Of a DNA stretch of 38,303 nucleotides, positions 1 to 8,883 are shown piece after piece. The stretch covers positions 1 to 38,303 of the forward strand of contig JBFMCP010000033.1 in assembly GCA_040754455.1 (NCBI GenBank), in the 5' to 3' direction. A program made the translations under genes and the position numbers. Positions within the stretch are counted from its first letter, which is position 1. Each line of letters begins with the position of its first letter. This DNA is from Nitrospirota bacterium. GTDB taxonomy: Bacteria; Nitrospirota; Thermodesulfovibrionia; Thermodesulfovibrionales; Dissulfurispiraceae. The notes beneath the pieces are model-generated. The model saw only the letters and a list, made by a program, of their open reading frames with translations. It was not told the DNA's origin and did not search any database.

Positions 1-10
1 GGAAATTCAT
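1..10 (-). CDS. Possible 5' end of a gene running off the left edge
   Basis: Minus-strand ATG at 10 preceded by purine-rich AAGAGAAAGG; only 3 codons visible. Confidence 0.25.
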
Positions 11-439
11 GGGTTATATGCCTTTCTCTTACGGTATCGAGCACGATTATTGTACTCTTTTGTGCCGTTCGCTGCAAAGCCCCTGATCAAGAAAGGGGAG
101 CACCTGAGCACGGTAATGTATATTTAGATAATCGTTGACTTTCGTATGAAACTTTAATCAAGGTAAACAACCGTGTGCTACTTACACGATGGTTATTCTC
201 TTCGGCGCTCCCTACAGCATGCAGGGATTAGATTTGACCGCTGCCGTACAGGGACGACTGAGCCCTTTTCCTGACTTTTCTTCCCCCGCAAAGCGGACGA
301 TCGTCATTCAACGTGGTGCACTTCTATGATACCAACACGCGCGCTGTCCTTGTTGCACTACGCTTGCCTGTCCCTTAGTCGACAGAGGTCTGGTAGCCGG
401 GTTGATATCCTATTGCCTGAAAGCAAGGTGGGGCGCCGC

Positions 440-895
440 TCACGGAAAGTCAGTGACGATTTCGGGATGCTCGAGATCTCCCTCGTAAACGGGGATAACA
501 ATCCAAACGTCCTTGTCGCTGGTATGCTGTCTGAAAAAGTCATCGAGGAACTTGATCCTGGTAAACACTTCATTTTCGCCGATACCCTCAGGCGGATGGT
601 AATCCCCACGGCTGACGATCTGGTATCCCAGGAGCGTTTTCCCGGCATACTCTTCTTCGATCATTGCCTCGACCTCCTCCCTGCCGATGATACGGTAGCC
701 GAACGTATCACTCTCATCAGGGCTGTAAACATCGTGATAGACGGGAATGACGATCCACTGCGACTCATACTCGTACTTTCTGAAGAATCGGTTGAGACAC
801 TCGATATCGGCGAAGATATGGAATTCATCGAATTCCTCAGGAACGAAGCCGTTGTATTCATCAACGATTTTATACCCAAGCAGTCTTTTCACCAT
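440..895 (-). CDS. Hypothetical protein, 151 aa, two tandem copies of a ~52-aa unknown domain
   Basis: GGGAGG RBS upstream; 26 bp downstream of htpG on the same strand; clear internal duplication (KxLLGYxIV...FFR...WIVIPVY twice). Confidence 0.8.
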   Translation of the reverse strand: MVKRLLGYKIVDEYNGFVPEEFDEFHIFADIECLNRFFRKYEYESQWIVIPVYHDVYSPDESDTFGYRIIGREEVEAMIEEEYAGKTLLGYQIVSRGDYHPPEGIGENEVFTRIKFLDDFFRQHTSDKDVWIVIPVYEGDLEHPEIVTDFP

Positions 896-921
896 TGGAT
901 GCGGGGCCTCCCATCGTACGA

Positions 922-2835
922 CTACGCTGCGGTATGCTGCGCATGCTCGACCATGAGTTTGGCGACTGCCTTTGCAAAGGCAGCGGGGTCTTTCAGCTTC
1001 GAGCCCTCTAGCAGCACCGCCTGGTCGTAGAGCAACCGGGCGTATTCCTTAAGCACGGCACGAGCGCCGTTTTTTTCGAAGAGGGCGTTCATCGACTCAA
1101 GGAGAGGATGTGCAGGATTGAGCTCGAGAATCCTCTTGTGCTTCGGCACCTCCTGCCCCATGGCACGGAGGATTTTCTCGGTAGCCGGATCGAGGTCGCC
1201 CTCGTCGGCAACGAGGCAGCAGGGAGAATCCTTGAGTCTTCCCGAAAAACGGACATCCTTTACCTCATCCTTCAACTGTTCCTTAAGAAAATCGAGAACT
1301 TTCTCGAATTTTTTCTTCGCCTGCTCTTTGGACTCCTCTTCCGCTTTATCGATTTTGATATCGCCTCTGATGACGGACTTCAGCCGTTTCCCTTTATACT
1401 CGAGGCTGCCCATGACGATATCGTCGATCTCGTCGAGCATGATGAGCACCTCGTAATCTTTCTCTTTAAAGGTTTCGAGGTAGGGCGATCTGAGCGTTTC
1501 CTCCAAGGATTCCCCGGTGATATAGTAGATATCCTCCTGATCCCCTTTCATGGCATCGACATATTGCTGAAGCGTAGTAACGGTATTCTTTTCGGTCTTT
1601 GTCGAAGGGAAGAGGAGAAGGTCGGCGATTTGCTCTCTCCTCGTGAAATCGAAGTGGACGCCCTCCTTCAGTATCCTGCCGAACTCCTTATAGCATTCGA
1701 GATATTTGTCATATTCATTGTCCCTCATCTCTTTGAGGGCATCGAGCACTTTTTTGGTAATGTTCTTCTTGATGATCTCCACCTGCCGGTTCGATTGCAG
1801 TATCTCACGTGAGACATTGAGCGGCAGATCGGAAGAATCGACGACACCGCGTACGAACCGCAGATAGGGCGGGAGTAGCTCCTCGCAATGGTCCATAATC
1901 TGCACCCGCTTGACATAGAGCCTCGGACCGATCTTGAAATCCTTGTAAAGAATATTGAAGGGCGCTTTCGAGGGAATATAGAGGAGCAGGGTGAATTCCG
2001 ATGTCCCTTCGGCCTTGAAGTGGATCACCTTTGCGGGATCGGAAAAATCATGGGAGATATGCCGGTAAAACTCGTTGTATTCGTCCTTTGATACCTCCGA
2101 CGGATTCTTGAGCCAGAGGGCCTTGCGCGAGTTGAGTACTTTCTCTTCCTTTACTTTGATTTTTTCGCCTTTCCTGATCGTGGACTCTTCCTCGCGCTCG
2201 ATGTCCATGACGATCGGATGCTCGATGTAGTCGGAGTATTTCCTGACGATGGTGCGGATCTCCCACTCCTCAAGGTATTTCTGTGCGTCCTCCTTGAGAT
2301 GAAGGATAACGTCGGTGCCGCAGGTTTTCTTATCAACATCTTCAACCGTAAACGACCCATCCGCGGTCGACTCCCATTTGATACCTTTGCCGTCGGTCAC
2401 GCCTGCCTTTTTCGTAAGGACCGTTACTCTGTCGGCAACCATAAAGGAGGAATAGAACCCAACGCCGAACTGGCCGATGAGCTCGGGGTTGTCCTTTGCC
2501 TCTTTGCTCCGTAATGCCTGGAGAAACTCTTTGGTCCCTGAATGGGCGATGGTCCCCAGCGCCTGGATCGCTTCTTCCCTGGTCATGCCGATGCCGTTGT
2601 CGCTTACGGTGAGTGTCTTTGCTTCTTTATCCGCCGTTATCTTGATCTTCCACTCCCCGGTCTGCTCGAGGATGGCATTGTTGACCAGCGCCTCGTATCG
2701 GGCCTTATCGATGGCATCGGAAGCATTCGAGATGAGCTCGCGGAGGAATATCTCTTTATGCGAGTAGAGTGAATGAATCATCAGATCGAGGAGCTGTTTC
2801 ACCTCTGTCTTGAATTCCATGGTTTGTGCAGTCAT
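922..2835 (-). CDS. htpG: Molecular chaperone HtpG (Hsp90)
   Basis: FKTEVKQLLDLMIHSLYSHKEIFLRELISNASDA, DNGIGM, IGQFGVGFYS, DSSDLPLNVSRE motifs; start moved to ATG 2835 behind AGGAG RBS. Confidence 0.97.
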   Translation of the reverse strand: MTAQTMEFKTEVKQLLDLMIHSLYSHKEIFLRELISNASDAIDKARYEALVNNAILEQTGEWKIKITADKEAKTLTVSDNGIGMTREEAIQALGTIAHSGTKEFLQALRSKEAKDNPELIGQFGVGFYSSFMVADRVTVLTKKAGVTDGKGIKWESTADGSFTVEDVDKKTCGTDVILHLKEDAQKYLEEWEIRTIVRKYSDYIEHPIVMDIEREEESTIRKGEKIKVKEEKVLNSRKALWLKNPSEVSKDEYNEFYRHISHDFSDPAKVIHFKAEGTSEFTLLLYIPSKAPFNILYKDFKIGPRLYVKRVQIMDHCEELLPPYLRFVRGVVDSSDLPLNVSREILQSNRQVEIIKKNITKKVLDALKEMRDNEYDKYLECYKEFGRILKEGVHFDFTRREQIADLLLFPSTKTEKNTVTTLQQYVDAMKGDQEDIYYITGESLEETLRSPYLETFKEKDYEVLIMLDEIDDIVMGSLEYKGKRLKSVIRGDIKIDKAEEESKEQAKKKFEKVLDFLKEQLKDEVKDVRFSGRLKDSPCCLVADEGDLDPATEKILRAMGQEVPKHKRILELNPAHPLLESMNALFEKNGARAVLKEYARLLYDQAVLLEGSKLKDPAAFAKAVAKLMVEHAQHTAA

Positions 2836-2860
2836 AGCGTACGTACTCCTCATAATAAAA

Positions 2861-2887
2861 TCAGCACTCTCGATAGAAGAGTGCAAG
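2861..2887. promoter_or_regulatory. CIRCE element (HrcA operator) upstream of htpG
   Basis: TCAGCACTC-N9-GAGTGCAAG versus consensus TTAGCACTC-N9-GAGTGCTAA, located between promoter and RBS of a chaperone gene. Confidence 0.85.
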
Positions 2888-2890
2888 CTA

Positions 2891-2921
2891 ATTATATAGT
2901 ATATTTTTTTTGTTCTGTCAA
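2891..2921 (-). promoter_or_regulatory. Sigma70-type promoter of htpG
   Basis: TTGACA (2921-2916) then TATATA at 17 nt / TATAAT at 19 nt, directly upstream of CIRCE. Confidence 0.7.
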
Positions 2922-2937
2922 GAAGCGGGGCCATCAC

Positions 2938-2969
2938 AAAAAGAGCGCCCGGTACCATGCCGGGCGCTC
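2938..2969 (-). terminator. Rho-independent terminator of the TPR gene
   Basis: GAGCGCCCGG-catggta-CCGGGCGCTC 10-bp stem followed by TTTTT on the minus strand. Confidence 0.85.
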
Positions 2970-2992
2970 CTCCTCGTGCAAAAGATATCTGC

Positions 2993-4003
2993 TTACGGAG
3001 CCTTCGTGGACGCTGCGGTCTTCTCTTTTACACTCTCCGCTGCAGCTTGCTTCGTTGCCTTTTTCTTTGCTTTTGTTTTCTTAGCAGGTTTGACCTCTTT
3101 TTTGGGTGCGGCCTGCTTCGCCTTTATCTCCTTGAGCTCTTTATCGATCTGTTCGAGCTTCTGGTGTATTCTTTCAAAGGCAAGGCTGTCTTCATAGGTA
3201 AATCCCGACTTTCTTTTCTCGACCGTTTTCATCCTTGCGGGCACTGAACGGTGGACGGTGATGATCGTTGCCGCTGCGTGGATCATGCCGTCGGCCCTGT
3301 TGAGATAGGAGGTGCTGTAGGAGAAATCGATCACATCTCCCGGCCTGATATCACCGGCGGCAATGATTTTTCCGTCCCGGTCTTTAATGACCGTCTCGTT
3401 CGAGAGATGGAGCGCATATTCACCGTCGCCGGTAATGATCTTATCGGAACCCTCAACCAGGACCACCGCCTGATCGGTGACAGCCTTGCTGAGGTCGTCG
3501 GTTTTTACTTCTGCAGGCTTCCTTTCAATGTCAGCGGCTATGTTTTTTTCTATATCGGCGACATCAGCACCGAGGGCCTTGGCCTCCCGCAGGTCCTTTC
3601 TCGCAAGCTCGATGAAGGTATCGCCTCTGTTGCCGGCCTTTGAAGCCTTAGCATAATAGGTTTTCCCCCTGCCCTTGAACATTTCGGCCTGCAACGATCT
3701 GTTTTTCGTCGATTCGATTACACGGGTGTAGGCGTGGATGGCCTCATCGAATTTTTTCAGTGCCGCATAGCAATCGGCAACGGCGAGATAATAGGCCCAA
3801 TCCTCTTTGAACTGTTTCTCCCTCCGGGCCAGCTGGTAACTCTCGATCGCCTTTTCACAGTTGCCTTCGCCACGATATTTGATGCCCTCAGCAAAGTAGT
3901 TGGACGGTGCAACGCCCGCTGTCTCTTCAGCGTATGCCACCAGTCCGCTCAACGCAATGATACCGATGAGGACAAAAGTGCTCCGCAGTAAGAAACTCTT
4001 CAT
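2993..4003 (-). CDS. Exported TPR-repeat protein with a beta-rich domain and Lys/Ala-rich tail
   Basis: GGGAGG RBS before MKSFLLRS; signal peptide ending AYA; TPR-like helices (AIESYQLA, FDEAIHAYTRVI); C-terminal KKEVKPAKKTKAKKKATK. Confidence 0.8.
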   Translation of the reverse strand: MKSFLLRSTFVLIGIIALSGLVAYAEETAGVAPSNYFAEGIKYRGEGNCEKAIESYQLARREKQFKEDWAYYLAVADCYAALKKFDEAIHAYTRVIESTKNRSLQAEMFKGRGKTYYAKASKAGNRGDTFIELARKDLREAKALGADVADIEKNIAADIERKPAEVKTDDLSKAVTDQAVVLVEGSDKIITGDGEYALHLSNETVIKDRDGKIIAAGDIRPGDVIDFSYSTSYLNRADGMIHAAATIITVHRSVPARMKTVEKRKSGFTYEDSLAFERIHQKLEQIDKELKEIKAKQAAPKKEVKPAKKTKAKKKATKQAAAESVKEKTAASTKAP

Positions 4004-4101
4004 AGCCGCGCCTCCCGACGTCATATAATCACAGGCCATGGCATGCCTGCACGGGTGTAATAGTATACTTTTGGGATATTTTAAGACAAGTAGGGGAGTG
4101 T

Positions 4102-4809
4102 TCAGATGAGGATGAGGACGACCGATATGTTGTCCTTGCCGCCTCTGTCGTTTGCTGCTTCGATCAGTTCGTGCGCGGCGGCGGCGAGGTGGCCATCATG
4201 CCGGCGGACGATGGTTTCGATCTCGCTGTCGGAGAGCATATCGGTGAGGCCGTCCGAGCAGAGGAGCATGATGTCGCCCGGCTGGAGCTTCAGATGATGC
4301 TGCTCCGGGGCCGGATGCTCGGACGTGCCGACCGCCTGAGTCAGGATGTGGGATTTCTGGCCGCGGGTCATGATATTGCGCGAGAGGAGATAGTCGTCCA
4401 TTGTATGGTCCCTGGTGACCTGTCGTATTCCCTTACGGAGAAGATAGGCCCTGCTGTCGCCGATATGGCAGAGGTACGCATCGGTGTTATGGATGAGCAT
4501 GATGACGAGGGTAGTACCCATGCCATTCAGGAGAGGAGATGTCCCTGCTTGTTCACGTATGGTGGTATGGGCATGGACCACCGCATCTTCAAGCAGGGCG
4601 GAGAGAGAATGTGCTTCGCGGGCGCGCTGCAGATTGTTCCTGATGTATACGTAAGTGACATCCACCGCCAGCCTGCTTGCGACCTCGCCTGCCTGGTGGC
4701 CTCCCATGCCGTCGGCAAGGAGAAAGATGCCGTTCTCCTGGTCGACGAGGAGGGCGTCCTCATTGGTCTCTCGTCTTCTGCCTCTGTCGGTCTTGTATGC
4801 GGTCAGCAT
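4102..4809 (-). CDS. PP2C/Stp1-type Ser/Thr protein phosphatase
   Basis: NEDA, ADGMGGH, MGTT, HIGDSRAY, CSDGLTD, GGKDNIS motifs. Confidence 0.93.
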   Translation of the reverse strand: MLTAYKTDRGRRRETNEDALLVDQENGIFLLADGMGGHQAGEVASRLAVDVTYVYIRNNLQRAREAHSLSALLEDAVVHAHTTIREQAGTSPLLNGMGTTLVIMLIHNTDAYLCHIGDSRAYLLRKGIRQVTRDHTMDDYLLSRNIMTRGQKSHILTQAVGTSEHPAPEQHHLKLQPGDIMLLCSDGLTDMLSDSEIETIVRRHDGHLAAAAHELIEAANDRGGKDNISVVLILI

Positions 4810-5110
4810 GGTTGTTTCAGGTGAATTGTTAATTGTAGTGCTTTTTCCCCGGTATCTGCAAGGAGAATATCAGGACTCATCTTTTTGTCATTGTTTTGAA
4901 ATTCGTGCCGGCGTGGGTCAAGGCAGGAACTGGCACTACAAAAAGCTTTCTCATGCACATTTATTTGAAGAGATATTCCTCACTTTTCTGTTAGAAGAAA
5001 GCTGGTAGCAGAGCTTTCTTCACTTGTGGAAAAAATAAGGATGCGCTAGAAAGCTTTTTTCCGTACCCATTCCTGCCTTCTTAGCGTAAAGTCTTATAGT
5101 GCTCAGGTTA

Positions 5111-6067
5111 TTATGCGTGGTTTCTGAGCATGAGTTCCAGAGGATGGGGATGCAGGTAGTACTGCCGTGTCAGGTAGGGTACATCATATTTTCTCGCAAA
5201 ATGGTTGATGAGCACGATCGGCACAATGAGGGGAAGTTGCCCTTTGTGGTAGTGGTCGATGATCTCGAGTACCTCCTGCCTCTCGTCGACCGGGAGCTGT
5301 TTCTTGAGGTAACCGAGTATATGGCGTAGTACATTGGTGTTCTTCTTGACTGTTGCGATGAGGCGGAGTCCCTCCATCATGGTGGTAATGTATTCCAGAG
5401 CGAACTGGTCGGGTTTATGCTGCTTGATCTGAGCAACGAGTCTGCCGAGCATCTGATAATGCTTTGGGCTATGGGCGAGGATGAGAAGCTTGTGGTCGAT
5501 GTGGAACTCGATGATCTTGTTGATGCGCAGGCCCTTGCGCCTCAGCTCCTGCCATCGTTTGAGCACGAAGAGCCGCTCGATGAAGTTTTCCCGCAGCGCG
5601 GGATCATGGAGCCTCTCCTCGTCTTCGACGGGGACAAGAGGAAAGCGGCGCATGAAGATGCCGGCAAACATTCCCGACCCCTTGCGGTTCGGCATTCCTG
5701 AAGGAGTGTAGATTTTTACACCCGTCATGCCGGAGCTCGGCGATTTGCTCTTGAAGACAAAGCCGCAGAGGTCCATCCGCTCCAGCTGCTTCAATTTCTT
5801 GTCTACCCAACTGAGCATCCGCTCGGTATGGTCGATGCCGGTATGTTTTGCGACGAGCCGGAGCCCTTCGGGATATGCGACAAGACGCATGGCCTCGCGC
5901 GGCACTGGCAGCCCGCTCTCGACTTCCGGACAAACCGGCACCCATTCGACATACTGCCCCAACGTGTCGGTAAGAAAGCGGTCAAGCTTGTGCCCTGCAT
6001 CATAGCGGACCTTCCGGCCCAGGAGGCAGGCGCTGACACCGATCCTGATTTTATCGTCCATATTCAT
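5111..6067 (-). CDS. DUF523 (2-thiouracil desulfurase-like) plus DUF1722 (YbgA) fusion protein
   Basis: IGVSACLLG.VRYD.GH, VCPEVE.GL.VPRE, KSKSPSSG, and C-terminal YL.P.P.EL.LRNH; start at 6067 or 6061 (longer ORF overlaps the divergent gene). Confidence 0.88.
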   Translation of the reverse strand: MNMDDKIRIGVSACLLGRKVRYDAGHKLDRFLTDTLGQYVEWVPVCPEVESGLPVPREAMRLVAYPEGLRLVAKHTGIDHTERMLSWVDKKLKQLERMDLCGFVFKSKSPSSGMTGVKIYTPSGMPNRKGSGMFAGIFMRRFPLVPVEDEERLHDPALRENFIERLFVLKRWQELRRKGLRINKIIEFHIDHKLLILAHSPKHYQMLGRLVAQIKQHKPDQFALEYITTMMEGLRLIATVKKNTNVLRHILGYLKKQLPVDERQEVLEIIDHYHKGQLPLIVPIVLINHFARKYDVPYLTRQYYLHPHPLELMLRNHA

Positions 6068-6172
6068 ATGATAAGAATATCCGGCTGCAGATACAATGAT
6101 GGCGGCAGGCGGCATCGGCAGTGTTTGCATTGAGATATCCTGATGTGGGACTATATAAAGATACCTTTTATT

Positions 6173-6934
6173 ATGATTGCAATCTCTCTTCAATCGGGCA
6201 GCAACGGAAACTGCATCTACGTCGAGACCGGCGGCGTTAAGCTCCTCTTCGACGCCGGCATCTGCGGCGCCGATGCGGCACGCAGGCTCGCCGACCATGG
6301 CCGCGACATCAGGCAGGTCGACGCCGTGATCCTCTCACATGACCATGCCGACCATACCCGCTGCTCCGGCATATACCAGCGCAAATTCGGACTGCCGCTC
6401 TACTTCACGCCAAAGACGCTCGATGCGGCACTATCCCGTCAGCGTCTCGGCAAGCTCACCGATGTCCGTCTCTTTTTTGCCGGAGGCACGCTCCGGTTCG
6501 GCGATGTATCGGTCGAGACGATCCCGACACCCCATGACGGCGCTGACGGAGTAGTATTTATCATCAACTCGTGTGGAAAAAGATTGGGTATCATGACCGA
6601 CCTCGGCCACGTCTTCGACGGCATGGTCAATGTAATGCCGACACTCGACGCTGTTTTCATCGAGAGCAATTACGATCCCGAGATGCTCAAGCATGGACCG
6701 TATCCTGCCTTCCTTAAAAAACGTATCGAAGGAGAGGGCGGGCACATCTCAAACAAAGAGGCAGCAGAGCTGCTCCTGACCGGCAAACGCCTCAAATGGG
6801 CATGTCTCTCACACCTCTCTGAACAAAATAACTATCCGAAACTGGCCCTCGAAACCCACCGAAAAATTCTGGGCGCTCAATTACCCCTGCACGTCGCAAG
6901 CAGATTTGAAGCGACGGATATTCTAAGAATATAG
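6173..6934 (+). CDS. MBL-fold metallohydrolase (YycJ/WalJ-like)
   Basis: SGSNGN, SHDHADH (HxHxDH), TDLG, ESNYD, GHISN, HLSEQNN motifs. Confidence 0.9.
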   Translation: MIAISLQSGSNGNCIYVETGGVKLLFDAGICGADAARRLADHGRDIRQVDAVILSHDHADHTRCSGIYQRKFGLPLYFTPKTLDAALSRQRLGKLTDVRLFFAGGTLRFGDVSVETIPTPHDGADGVVFIINSCGKRLGIMTDLGHVFDGMVNVMPTLDAVFIESNYDPEMLKHGPYPAFLKKRIEGEGGHISNKEAAELLLTGKRLKWACLSHLSEQNNYPKLALETHRKILGAQLPLHVASRFEATDILRI

Positions 6935-6955
6935 CAGCTTACTGAAAGGGTGAAT

Positions 6956-7531
6956 ATGGAATCCAAGAAATTCGATCCAAAGAAACTCGCCAAGCTCAAC
7001 GATCCCCAAAGGCTCGAGTACATGAATCCCGATGTTATATGGAATGTGCTCAAGCTTGCAGATCCAAAAGTCGTGGTGGATATCGGAGCGGGCACGGGCT
7101 TTTTCTCGGTGCTCTTTGCTGATCGGATGAAGAAGGGGAAGGTCTACGCCTGTGACATATCAGACATCATGATTGAATGGATGAAAGAAAACCTCCCGCC
7201 GGCGTACGACGGCAGGGTAATCCCCCTCAAAATGGGAGAGAGTGCCGTTCCACTGCGTGATGGTATTGCAGATATGGTCCTCATGATCAATCTCCATCAC
7301 GAGCTCGAAGAACCGGCAAAGATCATTGCCGAGGCATATCGCCTTCTGGGAGGCGGCGGCAAGCTGATGATCATCGACTGGAAAAAGGAAGAGACACCCC
7401 ACGGCCCGCCGGTATCGATCAGGGTCGAGGAGGAGACGATCCTGTCACAGATGAAGCAGGGCGGATTTTCAAATATTACCAGCCACAAAATACTGCCGTA
7501 TCATAACGTTGTCGTTGGCGAGAAACTATAG
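6956..7531 (+). CDS. Class I SAM-dependent methyltransferase
   Basis: VVDIGAGTGFF motif I, LHHE, GGKLMIIDW, GPP. Confidence 0.88.
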   Translation: MESKKFDPKKLAKLNDPQRLEYMNPDVIWNVLKLADPKVVVDIGAGTGFFSVLFADRMKKGKVYACDISDIMIEWMKENLPPAYDGRVIPLKMGESAVPLRDGIADMVLMINLHHELEEPAKIIAEAYRLLGGGGKLMIIDWKKEETPHGPPVSIRVEEETILSQMKQGGFSNITSHKILPYHNVVVGEKL

Positions 7532-7534
7532 CTT

Positions 7535-7588
7535 GCCGATCTGCCGCGAAGAGCTGGGCACGGCCTGCTCTGCCGGCAATCGGTTTTT
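7535..7588 (+). terminator. Long imperfect hairpin with T tract after the methyltransferase gene
   Basis: CCGAT/ATCGG, TGCCG/CGGCA, AGAGC/GCTCT nested pairings followed by TTTTT. Confidence 0.55.
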
Positions 7589-7802
7589 GAAAAGTACTTT
7601 TGTAAATCCTCTGTTCCGCATACGCCTTGCTTTGAAAGACGTGTAGGTGGAACTACTGAAAATCCTCTCATGTACAGGACAGAAGATGCATGCCGTAGGT
7701 CACCTGTGTCCTCTTCTTCTCTTTATTGCATTAAAGTTTTCCCTGATTATTGCGAAAAATTATAGTACGATGATAGACTTTCATGGTACCAAGGCGGGGG
7801 AA

Positions 7803-8441
7803 ATGACGAAAGCGATTTTGATTGTTGATGATGAGCCGTTGATCCTCTCCAGTCTCTCGAAGGCGATGGGAGGTGGTGAGGTAATGGTGAAGACGGTCTC
7901 GAACGGGATTGACGCCCTGCGCGAGGTCAGCGAGGCTGTCTATGATCTCTGCTTTCTCGACCTCAATCTGACTGATTCCCACGGCTTCGATATCATGCAG
8001 AAGATAAAGGAGCTTTCTCCCCGCACCAAAGTGGTTATCATGACCGGCAGTGAGATAAGCGCTGAAGAGAGAAAGGCGATTGACGAAGAGGCGTATTCCT
8101 TTATCTCCAAGCCCTTTGAGCTTTCCTATGTGCGAGATGTTGTGAAGCAGGCGCTGGAAGGGCCTCCGCAGGGGCTTGAGAAAAGGCGCTCTATCAGGAG
8201 ACCGTTTACGGGAGCCGGCGATTATGCGGTATCTCTCCTCGGCTTGGACGGCAGCGAGCAGTGTAGCCTTCCGGTGCATATCATGGATATCTCCGACGGC
8301 GGATTGGGGATCCGGACCTCGTACCCTCTCGAAAAAGGCTCAATGCTCTCGATCAACGGCCTGGCCGGGGTGGTGCGGTGGGGCGCGCCGCTCGGTGTCG
8401 GCAGCGACTACCGGTTCGGCATTGAGCTCTTTCCTATTTAG
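7803..8441 (+). CDS. Response regulator receiver fused to a PilZ domain
   Basis: ILIVDDE...FLD...MTG...KPF receiver motifs; RRSIR (RxxxR) and DISDGG (DxSxxG) PilZ motifs. Confidence 0.85.
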   Translation: MTKAILIVDDEPLILSSLSKAMGGGEVMVKTVSNGIDALREVSEAVYDLCFLDLNLTDSHGFDIMQKIKELSPRTKVVIMTGSEISAEERKAIDEEAYSFISKPFELSYVRDVVKQALEGPPQGLEKRRSIRRPFTGAGDYAVSLLGLDGSEQCSLPVHIMDISDGGLGIRTSYPLEKGSMLSINGLAGVVRWGAPLGVGSDYRFGIELFPI

Positions 8442-8501
8442 GACGGTCAATTGCTGCATCCGCTCCTGCAAAAAAATAATTTTTGTGAGGTAATTGCAGT
8501 T

Positions 8502-8690
8502 ATGAGCATTCTGAAAAAAATATTGTCGATGTTCAAACCCGAAGAGCCCGGCAGCACTTCCCTTGCAGGTCCCGGCCGCAATGAGGCCTGCTGGTGCGGA
8601 AGCGGGAAGAAATACAAGAAGTGCCACCTCGAAGAGGACCAGGAAAAGATCAGGCAGCAGTCCCGGGCATGCTGCAGCAGCAAGGGCTGA
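8502..8690 (+). CDS. Small SEC-C motif metal-binding protein (62 aa)
   Basis: PGRNEACWCGSGKKYKKCH SEC-C motif; GAGG RBS upstream of MSILKK. Confidence 0.85.
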   Translation: MSILKKILSMFKPEEPGSTSLAGPGRNEACWCGSGKKYKKCHLEEDQEKIRQQSRACCSSKG

Positions 8691-8883
8691 AGTATCACAT
8701 GAGCTGAGTTCAGCTCGCCTGAATTTCCTGCCGTAGCCCTCTCACGTTTCTGAACAGCGCGATCATTTATCTGTCACCCAGCACAGCCACCGGATCCGTG
8801 CGTTTGTCCTTTACCTTCCCATAACCTTTGTTCTTATGGTATATTCCAGTTGTGGAAGAACGCCCTTACTTTAAGCATTCTCT

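Noticed and set aside
60..110. c-di-GMP-I riboswitch-like GCAAAGCC segment (also GGCAAAC at ~29850 on the minus strand)
   Set aside because: The GAAA-tetraloop stem and GGGACGCAAAG junction are missing; only short matches.
326..1030. 234-aa plus-strand ORF and other long antisense ORFs (e.g. 10072-11394, 14034-15029, 32009-33202)
   Set aside because: Shadow frames of well-supported genes on the opposite strand.
4941..5060. Recurrent AAAGCTTT-like words and a weak hairpin at 4994-5021
   Set aside because: Irregular spacing in an AT-rich spacer; not distinguishable from chance.
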